Virus record (IMG/VR): IMGVR_UViG_3300033417_000652
Location: 1-32,363 of that record
Reading direction: 5' to 3' (one strand)
Length of the DNA stretch: 32,363 bases
Origin: a virus
Taxonomy: Duplodnaviria > Caudoviricetes
A program made the translations under genes and the position numbers. Shown here one piece after another: positions 10,100-21,000 of this stretch (within the stretch, counting starts at the first letter, position 1; the number at the start of each line of letters is the position of its first letter). Below the pieces are notes generated by a model. It saw only the letters and a program-made list of their open reading frames with translations. It was not told the DNA's origin and ran no database searches.

Positions 10100-11446
10100 T
10101 TACTTCTCCTCGAGGATCTTGTTGATGTGCCTCTGGCCGGCAGCCGCGCCGGTTTCGACTGGGCGGCCCGCCGCAGGGATGACGCCACGGATAAGGCGCT
10201 GGTAGATTTCGGGCGAGCCCCGGAACTCGGCGAGCAGCGCGTCGCGTTCGGACTTCTGGAGACTCGCACCGCCGAAGTACAGGTCGATCAGAACCTGATC
10301 GAAGAAGCCCGGCTGCCTGTTGATCACGCCCTGCGCCCTCTCGGCCAAAACCATGCTGCGGGCACCGCCGCGCACGGGCTCGACCAGGACCTTCGGCTGC
10401 CCGTCAACCAGCGTGGCGGAGATCCGCAGGTCGCGCGCGATCTCGTCCTCCTTGACCGGCCTGTTGATGGCTTGCTGAAGCTCGGCGACGAACGGCTGAC
10501 CCAGGGCGCTGAACAGCGATCCGGCCAGCGGGACGCTCTTGCTCGGCGGCTGCTGCATCGCCTGCTCGAGCAGGCCACGCACGCGCTCGGTGGTCTGGGT
10601 CGGGGCGCGTTCGGACCCGCTGATTCCGACGTCGGGCGTGCCACCGGAGACTTCGAGCATCCGGTCGAGGTCCTGTTGCTCGGCGCTGCGCCGTTCCTCT
10701 TCGCTGGTGAAGATGCGCTCGCCGGGCTTGGCACGGCCTTGGAGCGCGGCACGGATGGCCTTGTCGAGCTCGGCCCTGTCGGCCGGGATGCCTCCGCCCT
10801 GCACGAGCTGTTCGGCCTGAGAGACGAGGCTTTCGTAGGGCACCTGGAGCGTGCGGCTCTCGAACGCGGGCTTCTGGCCGGCGCCAAGGAAACGCTGGTA
10901 GAGCGGGTCCAGCGCGGGGTTCTGCGCCTGTGCCCCGAGCGAGCTGGCAGAGAGCTCGAACTCACCCGCGACCGAGCTCGAGGCCCTGGGCGCGGTCGTC
11001 TCCTTGACCGCCCCGGGGCTGCCCAGCAGACGATCGACCACCGCCTGCGCCGCGCGCCGGTAGGTGTTCTGCTCGGTGATCGCCTTCAGTTGCTTGCGCT
11101 TCTCCTCCGCGATCGCCTCCTCCTTCTTCAGGAGCGCGGCGGCCGTCCCCTCATTATTCTTGGCGGTGAACTTCGCCTGGGCGATCTGAAGGTCGTACTG
11201 GTGGAGACGTATGTCGCGTTTTTTTTGGACTTCAAATGCGCGCATCTCTGCCCTGATCTTGATCTCTTCCGCCAGTTTGGCATGCCTTGCTTCCTTCTTC
11301 TTCTCGATGAAGGCGTCGCTGACGCTCTCGGCGGCGGCGATGCGGGAGTTGGCCACGTCCATGTACGCCTGCCCGATGCCCTGCGCGATCTGGGTCATAT
11401 CGACCCGGGGCTGGTACTTCGGGGCGTAGAAGGGCTGGATGGGCAC
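10100..11446 (-). CDS. Probable ejection (internal core) protein, 448 aa
   Basis: N-terminal IAQGIGQAY followed by a long charged coiled coil. It sits between the small pilot-like gene and the giant ejection gene. GTG start. Confidence 0.6.
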   Translation of the reverse strand: MPIQPFYAPKYQPRVDMTQIAQGIGQAYMDVANSRIAAAESVSDAFIEKKKEARHAKLAEEIKIRAEMRAFEVQKKRDIRLHQYDLQIAQAKFTAKNNEGTAAALLKKEEAIAEEKRKQLKAITEQNTYRRAAQAVVDRLLGSPGAVKETTAPRASSSVAGEFELSASSLGAQAQNPALDPLYQRFLGAGQKPAFESRTLQVPYESLVSQAEQLVQGGGIPADRAELDKAIRAALQGRAKPGERIFTSEEERRSAEQQDLDRMLEVSGGTPDVGISGSERAPTQTTERVRGLLEQAMQQPPSKSVPLAGSLFSALGQPFVAELQQAINRPVKEDEIARDLRISATLVDGQPKVLVEPVRGGARSMVLAERAQGVINRQPGFFDQVLIDLYFGGASLQKSERDALLAEFRGSPEIYQRLIRGVIPAAGRPVETGAAAGQRHINKILEEK

Positions 11447-11449
11447 GGG

Positions 11450-12076
11450 TTAGAGCGAGAACGCGCCCTTGATGGCTGAGCTGACGATATTGGAGGTGGC
11501 CGACTTGCTCGCGCTGCTCTTGAGCGCATCGGTGTAGGCGAGGAACAGCGCCTCGTCGAGCGCGCGCTGCGTCTCGGTGTCGAGGTACTCGGCCATGAAG
11601 TTGGCGAAGTTCTGGTTCGCCCCGAACAGATCCTCGACCCGCTTGGCCTCGATCTCGCCCTTCGCTCCCTCGATGTCCCGCACGCCCCGGAACGGATCGC
11701 GGGCGGTGAAGCCGAGCGCGGTGGAGCGGTTGACGCCCCCTTGCCGCAACGCGGACTCGGACTGTCGGTTGCTGGAGTAGTACTGCGAGAGCAGGTCGGG
11801 GACGCGGCCGGTCAGTTGTGCGGACGAGGCGGCCGGCCCGAGAAACCCGCCGGGCGCCTTCGCGTCGGAGAGGAAGTCCTGGAAGATGCCGGGGATCTCG
11901 GGGTTGACGATCGGGAGCCCGGTGGTGGGCGAGATGCCCTCCTGGAAGAGGCTGTTGTCGAAGCCGCCGCTCCCCTTCTTCCCGAACTTCTTGGCCTCGC
12001 TGAAGAAGTCCTCGGCGCTCTCGAACGTGATCGGACCGGCACCAGGGAACGGATTGTTATTTCCGGAGAATGGCAT
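11450..12076 (-). CDS. Probable small ejection/pilot protein, 208 aa (starts MPFSGNNNPF; the 570-aa ORF track call is over-extended)
   Basis: ATG at 12076-12074 overlaps the nozzle stop (TGATG). Gly/Ser/Ala/Gln-rich helical sequence ending in an amphipathic NIVSSAIKGAFSL. Position is directly after the nozzle. Confidence 0.6.
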   Translation of the reverse strand: MPFSGNNNPFPGAGPITFESAEDFFSEAKKFGKKGSGGFDNSLFQEGISPTTGLPIVNPEIPGIFQDFLSDAKAPGGFLGPAASSAQLTGRVPDLLSQYYSSNRQSESALRQGGVNRSTALGFTARDPFRGVRDIEGAKGEIEAKRVEDLFGANQNFANFMAEYLDTETQRALDEALFLAYTDALKSSASKSATSNIVSSAIKGAFSL

Positions 12077-15000
12077 CAGGCGTTTCCCTTCTTGTCTGAC
12101 TCGTCCACTTGTAGGGTCAGTGCCAGCACTTCCCCAGATAGACCCACGGAAGGCGTGCGCGTCAAGAGCCCGAGCTGGAGGCAGCGGCTGGGCGGGAGGT
12201 CGCTGAGCGCGTGCGACTCGTGGCTGCGGCCCAGGTCCAGGTTGTACTCGCGGCTCACGGTCTGGGAGCCGTTCAGGAGCGCTTGCATGACCATCGTACC
12301 CCCCCCGGCCTGGGGCACGCGGCTCAGATCGGCGTGCCGCCACTTCTTGTTCAGGTAGTGCGTGCCGGCGTGCAGGTGAGCGGTGAACCACTCGTGCATG
12401 AGGGCTCCCAGGGTCGCCGTGCCGAGCGTGGGGCTCAGGAGCTTGTCGAGGTAGAGCTTCGGCACCCCCTGATCGACGGTGGCAAACAAGACGAGCGCCT
12501 GCTCCTCGACGCTGCCGGCCCCCAGGCTGCGTAGGAGCGCGCCTCGCGGACCCTCGAGCGCCAGGTCCAAGGACCCCACAGTGACCGCCACCTGCCCAGG
12601 CGCGGCGGCGGCGACGGTCAGGCTGGCGTCTCCATGCTGCGGCCCGGGCCCGAGCATGACCGTCTGGGTGTCCTGGCGGTCCATCCACACCACGAAGCCC
12701 TCCTGTGTGCCACCGATGACACGCTGCACGCCCTGGGCCAGGGTCTTCACCGACGCGAGAGCGGTGATGTTCGGGCCCTGGTAGCGGCTGATGCGGTGGT
12801 TCGCGGGGTCCTTCGAGCTGATCTCCCCGGGGCCGTCGTCGAACTCCACCGAGACCCGCTCGTCCACGTAGAGGGTCCCGCCGCGCTTCAAGGTGAACAG
12901 GTACTGGCTCCGGCCGCGGTGGATGCAGCCCGAGATGAAGGGCAGGTAGGCGGGGTCGGTCGTGTTCTGGAACAGCGTCTCGAGCTTGTCGCCGGCGACG
13001 GGCATCGGCAGCCCGGATCCGTCCAGGAAGCGCGGGCCGGACAGGGACACGAAGTAGAGCCGCCCGCCCGTGGACTGCATCGACTGGTGGCTCACCGGCC
13101 CTTCGGTGGTGCCCGGGATCGAGCGCACCGCGATCCCGAGCGAGGTCAGCTCGAGGTCCCACAGGCCCGTCTGCTTGCCCACGATCAGCCGGCCGAAGTG
13201 CTCCTTCGCCCCCGTGATTCGGAGGTCGTCACCCGTGTCGAGCACGGCGAAGCTCCTGATCAGCCCGTCCTCGTCGATCAGCCGTGAGACCTTCTCGGGC
13301 TGCTGGAGCTCGGAGACGAAGATCCCGTCGCGCTGCCCCTCGAGGTCGAAGTACCACATCGACTGTTGGGACCAGGCCAGGCCCCCGCAGCGCGGCGGCG
13401 CGCCGGCGCGCAGGTCGAGCGGCTGACCACCCACGTCTGGCGTGCGGTCAAGCACTCCTTGCGCGCCGTCTCCGCCCGCGAACTCAGCGGCCAGGAACAG
13501 ATCGACCCCCCCGAGGTCGGAGAGGTAGACCCGCCGCACCAGGCCGTCTCGGTCGGGCGAGGGCGGCAGGTCTACGATGATGCGCTCGGACGCCGCCGGG
13601 TTCAGGCTGTCCTCGATCTGGGCGGCGATCTCCACGATGGGCGACTCGGCCGACTCGACGAAGTTCTCCTCGTCGAAAAAGCGTACGGCCATGCGCCGCA
13701 CGTCCGAGAGCAGAGTAGACACGCGCCGCACCCACCTCGGCACCTTGCTCGTCGCCAGACACTTGGTGCCCGGCCCATCGAGCGCGATGGTCAGATCCAC
13801 GTTCGGCTGGGACGATGCAAGGACGTCCGTCTCGTTGTAGCGCCGCACGTCAACGCACGTGTGGCAGAAGGCGCCGGCGGACTCGTCGACGTGCAGCTCG
13901 CCCGCCGAGGTGGTGGACGACTCCGAGGGGTGGGCATCGAAACGGTCCGTGCCGACCGCGCCCTGCCAGGAGAGGGCGGCGGCGCTCTCGAAGAGATCCA
14001 CGTCCAGGAGGTTCAGCCCGTTCAGATCGCCCGCGACCGTCGCCGGGGCCGTGCCGGGCTTGAACGCATAGGCGAACGACCAGAACTCGCCGTCGTACGG
14101 AGTGAGTCCAGAGAGCGGGTTGAGTGCGATGCCCGATCCGAACGTCTCGACGTTGTAGGCCCCCCGGTCCGGCTGCGTGCTCGCATCGAAGCCTTCGCTC
14201 TTCACCATCGAGACGCCGTTGAAGACGCCGCCACGGAAAGACCCCGCGAACCCCAGCGCGGCCCAGTCCGGCGCGACGCCGTTCTCGTCGATGACGCTCA
14301 ACGTGGCATCCGTCGGCGTGGCGATGATGCGGAAGATGCGGTGACCCGCCGGGCTCAGGAAGCCGCTAAGGTTCGTTCCCCACTGGAAGAACTTGCCTAC
14401 GTAGTCCGGATGCACGGTCCCTTGCAGAGCGGTGAGCCCGATGATTCCCGGGGTCGATGCGGTCCAGGCGAGACCATTGATCCCAGAGACGCGGCCGGTG
14501 GCTGTCGTGCCGAGCGGCACGCTAGGCGGGAGCCAGTCCCCCTCGTCCGCCGTGAACCCGAGACAGTTGCGCTCCACGCTGAACCCGGCGATCGCCGCAT
14601 CGTCCATCGGATGCCACCAGTCGTAGCCGTAGAAGCTCGGCGCGGCCACTGGATCGGCGTAGTCGAAGCGCCGCACCACGGCCGCGTCCCCGACGTACAA
14701 GCCGTTCGCTTCGGAGGTGTACACCTGGCTGATCCAGTTGCCGCCGTCCGCCGCGTCCTGCCGCGGGAAGCGTTTGCGGACGTAGACGTAGTGGACGAAG
14801 CCGGGACGAAACACCGGCTCGCTGGTCTGGACGAAGACCTCCTGCTTGAGCGTGATGTCGTACCACCCGATCGCCAGGTGCCCGTCCCGGATCTCCACGA
14901 AAGGCCCACCCGACGCGAGGCTCTGACGCATCGAGAAGAGCGGGATGCGGCCGGCCACGCTGCGCGGGCGGATGTAGCACTTGAAGGCGAAGTACCCGTC

Positions 15001-18000
15001 CGGGTTCCACTTCAAGGCCGCGTCGTAGGTCTGCGTGACGTACGAGTCGCCGCGGGTGTTGTAGTGGTAGACGAGGCTCGTCGCCGTTGCCGGCACGGCG
15101 GCGGGGATCGGATCCTGGTCCGGGCTGACCACACTCGGCGTGAAGACGTTGGGCTTCCACAGCGGCTCTCGCTCGATCCTGAAGCGCGGCTCCTCCATCG
15201 GAGCGAGAAGGCCGGAGAAGCGGGCGGACAAGCCCTCGATCACGACTGGCCTTCCACCGTTTGTTGCGTGAACCTCGTCCCCTACGTTGGCGAACGAGAA
15301 CGGCCTTGCCTGCCCGCCTGTCTCGTGGAAGAGAGACACGAACGGGTGAGCGCGGATGACCCCGGTCTGACTCACTCCGTCCGATACCTTGTGCCCGACG
15401 CCATCCTCCTCGTGGTCGTAGATCGACTGGAAGACCGGACTCGGGTGCGTGGTCGCGTAGGGGTTGAAGTTGCCCTCCGGTACTTCCGGCGTGATCGGAT
15501 CGACGTTCGAGACCTGGAGCCCAGCGAGCCGACCACCGAAGACGTGCAGGTACCCCGCCGTCGCGCGGTCCATCTGGCTGACTGAATCGCGCGCACACCC
15601 AACCAGCAGCCGCGACCCCTGGGTGAAGTCCGGGACGTTGGCCAGGTTCACGAAGTCATCCACGTCCGCCGCCGCGTCATACTCGCGCGAGAGCGCATCG
15701 ACCGTGGAGGACTTGCCCTGCACGTGGATGACGGGGGTCACGAGCCAGGAGTTGCCCGCGACCGTCGAGTGTTTGAGCCGGACCCGGACGTGGACGTTGC
15801 GGTCGAGCGGTACGCGGGTCCGCGAGCGGGCCACGAAGAGCCCGCGGTCGGGCGTGCCGCCACCAACATCGAATGCCCCGCTCGAGGCCACCACCACCTC
15901 GGGGAATCCGCAGTTCAGGCGGATCCACAACTGCATCTCGTGGACCGGCGGCGGCTGGCTCGGATCGGTCTCGACCGAGCCCGTCCAGAGCACGGTCTGG
16001 TACAGCGCGTACGAGGGAATCCGGCCCCACCAGTCGAAGACCCAATCGGCCAGGATCGCCGGCTGGTTGACTCGCAGATCCAGCGCCGAAGGATCGTCGA
16101 ACTCGATCCAGTCGTCGGCCAACGGCAAGAGCACGTTCGAGTCCCCAGCGGACCGGCCGCGCAGCTCGAGCGACGAGCGCAGGGCCGCGCCCTCTTGCTT
16201 CGGGCCGAAGGGCCTCCAGCGGTCGTCCACCTCGAACAGACTGCCCCAGGCGCCCGCGTACTTGGTGTCGTTGCGGGAGTGCAGCCCGAGAATCGGGTTG
16301 CGCCTCGGCGCCTTCAGGCCGCGCACCCAGCGCGGGGAGAAGGAGAGCGGGGAGAGGGTGCCGAGCGGCGAGTAGCAGCGGGCGCCCCACGTGGCCGGGA
16401 CGGGTGCCAGGTTCTCGAACAGACCGGGCGTCAGGCTCACGTCGTCAGTCGTGGTCGTGCCGGGCCGGAACGCGGCCCCGCGCCCCATAGTCAGCACGCG
16501 CCCGAACAGGTCGTCCCCCAAGGAGCTGTAGCCCACCATGCGGAACGCCCGCGCTCCGGCGCCCTTGAGCGAGCTGCCCGGCCAGCGGTCCGCCAAGGAC
16601 AGCGAGGAGCCGTCCGCCGCCACGCTCTCGATGAGCTGGTAGCGCGGCACGATCTCGGGCAGCTCCTCGCGCCGCGCCCGGAGAACGTCGTCGCCGAGAA
16701 GCAGGATGTAGGCTCCGGCCAGGCTCTCGATCGTCTCGGCCGCCTCCCCGGTGAAGAAGCTGAGACCTCCCGAGGGCAGGAGGACTCGGCTCCCGGCTGT
16801 CGTGTTGACCGCCAGCAAGCCGCCCCCGAGGGGTCTCAGCAGGTCGTCCGCAGTCAGCTCCCGGTGCGGGTACGAGGTCGCACCGAGGATCTTCCCGGAC
16901 CCCGCCGGTGTCGTGGCACCGTTGGCAGGGGGCAGGAGTCCGGGTGCCGTCGAGGCGTAGACACGCACCTCGTCTACGACCAAGCGGGCTCCGAGGTCCA
17001 GATATCCGACCGCGGACGGGTCGAAGCGTCCGCCGATCGTGACCACGCTGCGCAGCAGGTCCGCGCGCAGAATGGCCTCGTCGGCGAAGTAGGCGAACTC
17101 GTCGTTCGCCGCATCCCCGTCTTCGGGGAAGAAAGCGTCCTTCGGGGTCGCGGCGATGTAGCAGCGGTAGGTGCCCGGCGTGCTGGTCGCCTGGACGCCA
17201 AACTGCATCGTGACCGTGCGCCCCACCCACGGCGCATCGAGACCCCAGCGGGAGTGGTTCAGGGCCGCCGTCGTGTCCCGCCACCAGGCGTGCAGGCCGG
17301 CCGGCTGCGTGGAGGTCGCGGAGACCGAGACGCCGGGGACGCGCGGGCCGAGATCGGACTGGTCGCTGTCGCGCGCCACCTCGAGCGAGAAGCCCATCGG
17401 GTGGAAGTAGGGCTCTTGGCCGATGCCCCCGTAGGTGCGGATGGCGTGGCCGAAGGCCATCAGCGGCATGGGCTCGGTGAACATCCCGTCTCGAACGTGG
17501 TCGCGGATCTCCCAGGTGGCGAGCATCGGCGCGTAGCGCGTCTTGTTGCCGAGCTCGTCCGGGTCCTGGTCGTCGATCTGCTCGTAGGCGTGCACCTCCT
17601 CGGTCAGGCGCATCGTGATCTCGATGGCGAAGCCGGCGCTCCCTCCGCCGAGGAACTGGTGCATCTGGCTCTTGAGGAAGCCGTCGTTCTCGAAGTCGAG
17701 CACGAGCGCTTCCCCCTCCCCCGAGAGGAACACCGTCTTCGGCCCGCGCGTGCCCTTGTCGGTCTGTGGCAACTGGAACGGGCTGAAGAAGGCGTCGTTG
17801 CCGCGCACGGTCTCGCGGCAGGTCTTCCCGCCCCCGTCGTCGAGCCGCCAGTGGCCGACCAGCTCGCCGAGGCTCGTGTCCGTCTCGTCGTCCTCGAGTA
17901 GGTCGTGGGTCAGCCCGTACTCGATGCGCGGGTCCACGTCGAACGGCGCGACGTAGGCGCCCACCGCCAGACCCGCCCATTCGAGCAGGAACTGGTTGAC

Positions 18001-21000
18001 CTGCTGGACGTTCACGGCGTCGATGACGTTGCTCTCCAGGTAGGAGTGGCTGGCTCCGAACCCGGCGATCGCGGCGTCGATCGCGTGCGTGTCCGCCACC
18101 GCGACGCCGACGACGAGACGGCTGTACTTGGTGTGGAACGCGAGCGCCGGGGCCGATATTTGGCCGAGGCGCTTGTACATCATGTACCCGTCCCAGATTT
18201 CGTGGCCGAGCGTGGCGATGCCGGGCGTCTTACCCGTTCCGCCCAAGCCCATCCCGTTAACCATCGCCGGGACGGTCGTGCCACTGGATGGGTGCACGGC
18301 GACCGCGTAGTCGGGCGTGCTGGGCGAGACGCTCTCGTGCTGCCAGAACATGCACGGCATCGCGGCGTTGAGTGCCGTGATGCCGGGGTCGCCCAGCGCT
18401 CCGGCATTGACGTTGAAGGCGTAGAGCAGCGCGGAGAGATCTTCCTGCAAAACGAACGAGACGTCGGCGAGGGAGTCGGGGCTGGCGTCGTCGTTGATGC
18501 TCGGGGTGGTGGTCGAGTGCAGGATCGTCAGCTTGGTCGGCGGTGAGGTGGCGTAGGACTGGATCTGTGCGTGACCGTGGAACCACAGTTGGGCGCCATG
18601 ACACACCAAGGCACCAACCCTCGAGCTGTTGGTTCGGAAGTCGCCCGCGCCGGCGTCCGCGCGGTCCGGGCCGAGCGCCGCGAAGGCGACCGCATCGGCA
18701 CCGGCCGAGAGCCCGGCGGCGACGATCTTCGATGCGTTGATGCCCCAGGCCGAGGCCCTGCTGCGCGTGTACTGCACCGCCCAGACCGCATCCTTGAAGG
18801 CGTAGTGGTAGTCGTCGTCCACCCAGCGTTCGATCGCTCCGTTGTCGAAGCGGCCTGGATACCAGTTGGTGCCGCCGCCGAGGATGGGGTTGGTCTCCTC
18901 GAGCACGCCCGCCACGATCCGGCGCGTTCCGGTCATGCCGACCGAGACGACCGCCCAGCCCTTCTGGTAGGCGTAGTACGCGGCCCGGTGCGTGAGGGAG
19001 TCGGTGAGCAGCAAACTGGGCGGAGTCGTGATGCCGCCACCGAAGGGCGTGGTGAGCCAGACCGGCCAGCCGCCAGGCGGGGGCTTGCCCGGCGGGATGT
19101 AGACCGCCACGACCTGCCAGGTGTCGCCGGTAGTGGACGGCGGGGTGTAGTCCTCGATGAAGTTGAAGTCGTAGTCCGGCGTCAGCGATTCGTCCGGCAG
19201 CGCGGCGGTGTAGTCCCGCGCGCTCGCGTAGATGCGGAAGTCGGAGATCGTGATCGGTCGCTGCTTCCACCGGAATGCCTGGATCAGACAGGGCACGTCG
19301 CTGTCGGCGGCGGGCGCCCCCCCGATCCAGCCCTCGTCCAGGAGCCGGAACTTCTGGGCGTAGAACAGGCCCGCGACGTTCTCGTAGGTGTCGATGCTGA
19401 AGACGGCCCCGCCCACCTCGGGATTCCCGGCGATCAGTCCCTTGGCCTCCGAGGTGAAGATCACGCGGTAGTGGCGCAGCGCCTCGGGGTTGTGTGGCGA
19501 GGCCGAACCGCCCCCCAGGCCGAGCCAGACCTGGCTCTTGAAGCCGAAGGGGCCGTAGCCCTGGATCCCGACGCCCGGCCACGGGGTCTCGGAGCCCCAG
19601 GTCGCACCGACGGGTGCGGCCGGATCGGCCGTGAGTCCGGTCTGGTTGATCTCCAGGAACTCGCCGGCAGGGTCGCCCGCGTCATCCCACGCGGCGAGCA
19701 GGTTGTACTCGGGGTCGATGTCGGCGGTGACGTTGGTCGTGGACGTGTCGGAGAGCTTGAAGCCGCCGTTTTCGAGCGGGCGCGAGTCGTGGCCGAAGGG
19801 CACGAAGCCCGCCGAGGCCCAGGCGGCGTAGCGGTACCCGAGGCCGAGGAACATCGCGTCGCGGCCGGAGTAGCGCACCCCGTACTTGACGAGGTACTCC
19901 ATCGAATCCGCGGGACCCTTCCAGATGTGGATCCGGTTCGCCTGGTAGATGCCGGCCTTGCCGAGCGCTCCGGTGCCCGAGATGGCGGTGCCGGCGGAGC
20001 CGGGCTCGGCGGCGTACTCGAACACCTCGGCCGGTCGCTCGTCTTCGGACAGCAGCGCCCGAATGCGGCCGTCCTGGTTCCAGGACACGCTCGGCGAGCG
20101 CCCGGCGCCGACCGTGCCGGAGTCGAGCTTGACCTGCAAGGCGAGGTGGTAGCTGCGTCCCGGCTCGATGCCGCGCTCGAGGATCACGGCCCGATAGGCG
20201 TGGGTCGAGTACGCGCCGGCGGCGACGGATGGATCCGCGTCGCTGATCGTGCCCTCGTTCGCCAGCAGGTAGCGCATGTTCTCAGGCGTGACGTTGCCCC
20301 AGCCCGCGGCGTCCAGCCAGCCGAAGACGACCATGTAGTTCGACCTGCGCCGGGTGGTCGGGGGAAGCCCGGTGACGAGGCTGTTGCCCGCGGCGTCGGT
20401 CTTGTCGAGCGCGTCGGCGGTGTTGACCACGCCGAGGAACCACGACATCGGGGACAACCGATCGCCGCCCTTCTGCGCGATGACGAAGCACTCGTCGAGC
20501 GCTTGCGCGAACCCCCACTTCACGTCCCAGCCAGCGGGGGGCGTGCTCCAGGTGATCTGGGCGCCCTTCTTCGACGCGAGGATCAGCTTCTCCTCGGCCG
20601 GGATCTTGAAACTGACCTGGAGGTCGATGTCGCGTCCGCGCCGGATGTGGAAGTTGTCGTCGAAGGGCGGCGGTCCCGGCGGATCCTTCAGGGCCGAGGC
20701 GAAGTCGCCTCCAACGTCCTGCTTCTCGTCGTAGGGGATGTACAGGGACGAGCCCGCCGGGACGCTCTTGCCTGCCTCGACCGCGAGCGGCACGTCGGAG
20801 GGGATCGTCATGACCCCCGGCCGCGGGGCGGCCTTGTTGCCGAACTTCACGGCGCCGCGGCTGAAGCGCACGGAATCCTGGTCCAGGTCCATGTTCAGGA
20901 TCCTGGGCGACTCGCCGTCACGCAGGTTCAGGGGGTTGCGGGCGTCGTTGTAGCCCGCTGCCACCCGGACCGGGAACGGCCTGTAGGACCCCGGCGCGGC

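Noticed and set aside
11450-13162. 570-aa version of the ORF after the nozzle
   Set aside because: The first ~360 codons are Arg/Pro-rich off-frame overlap with the nozzle. The ATG at 12076 with TGATG coupling is the better start.
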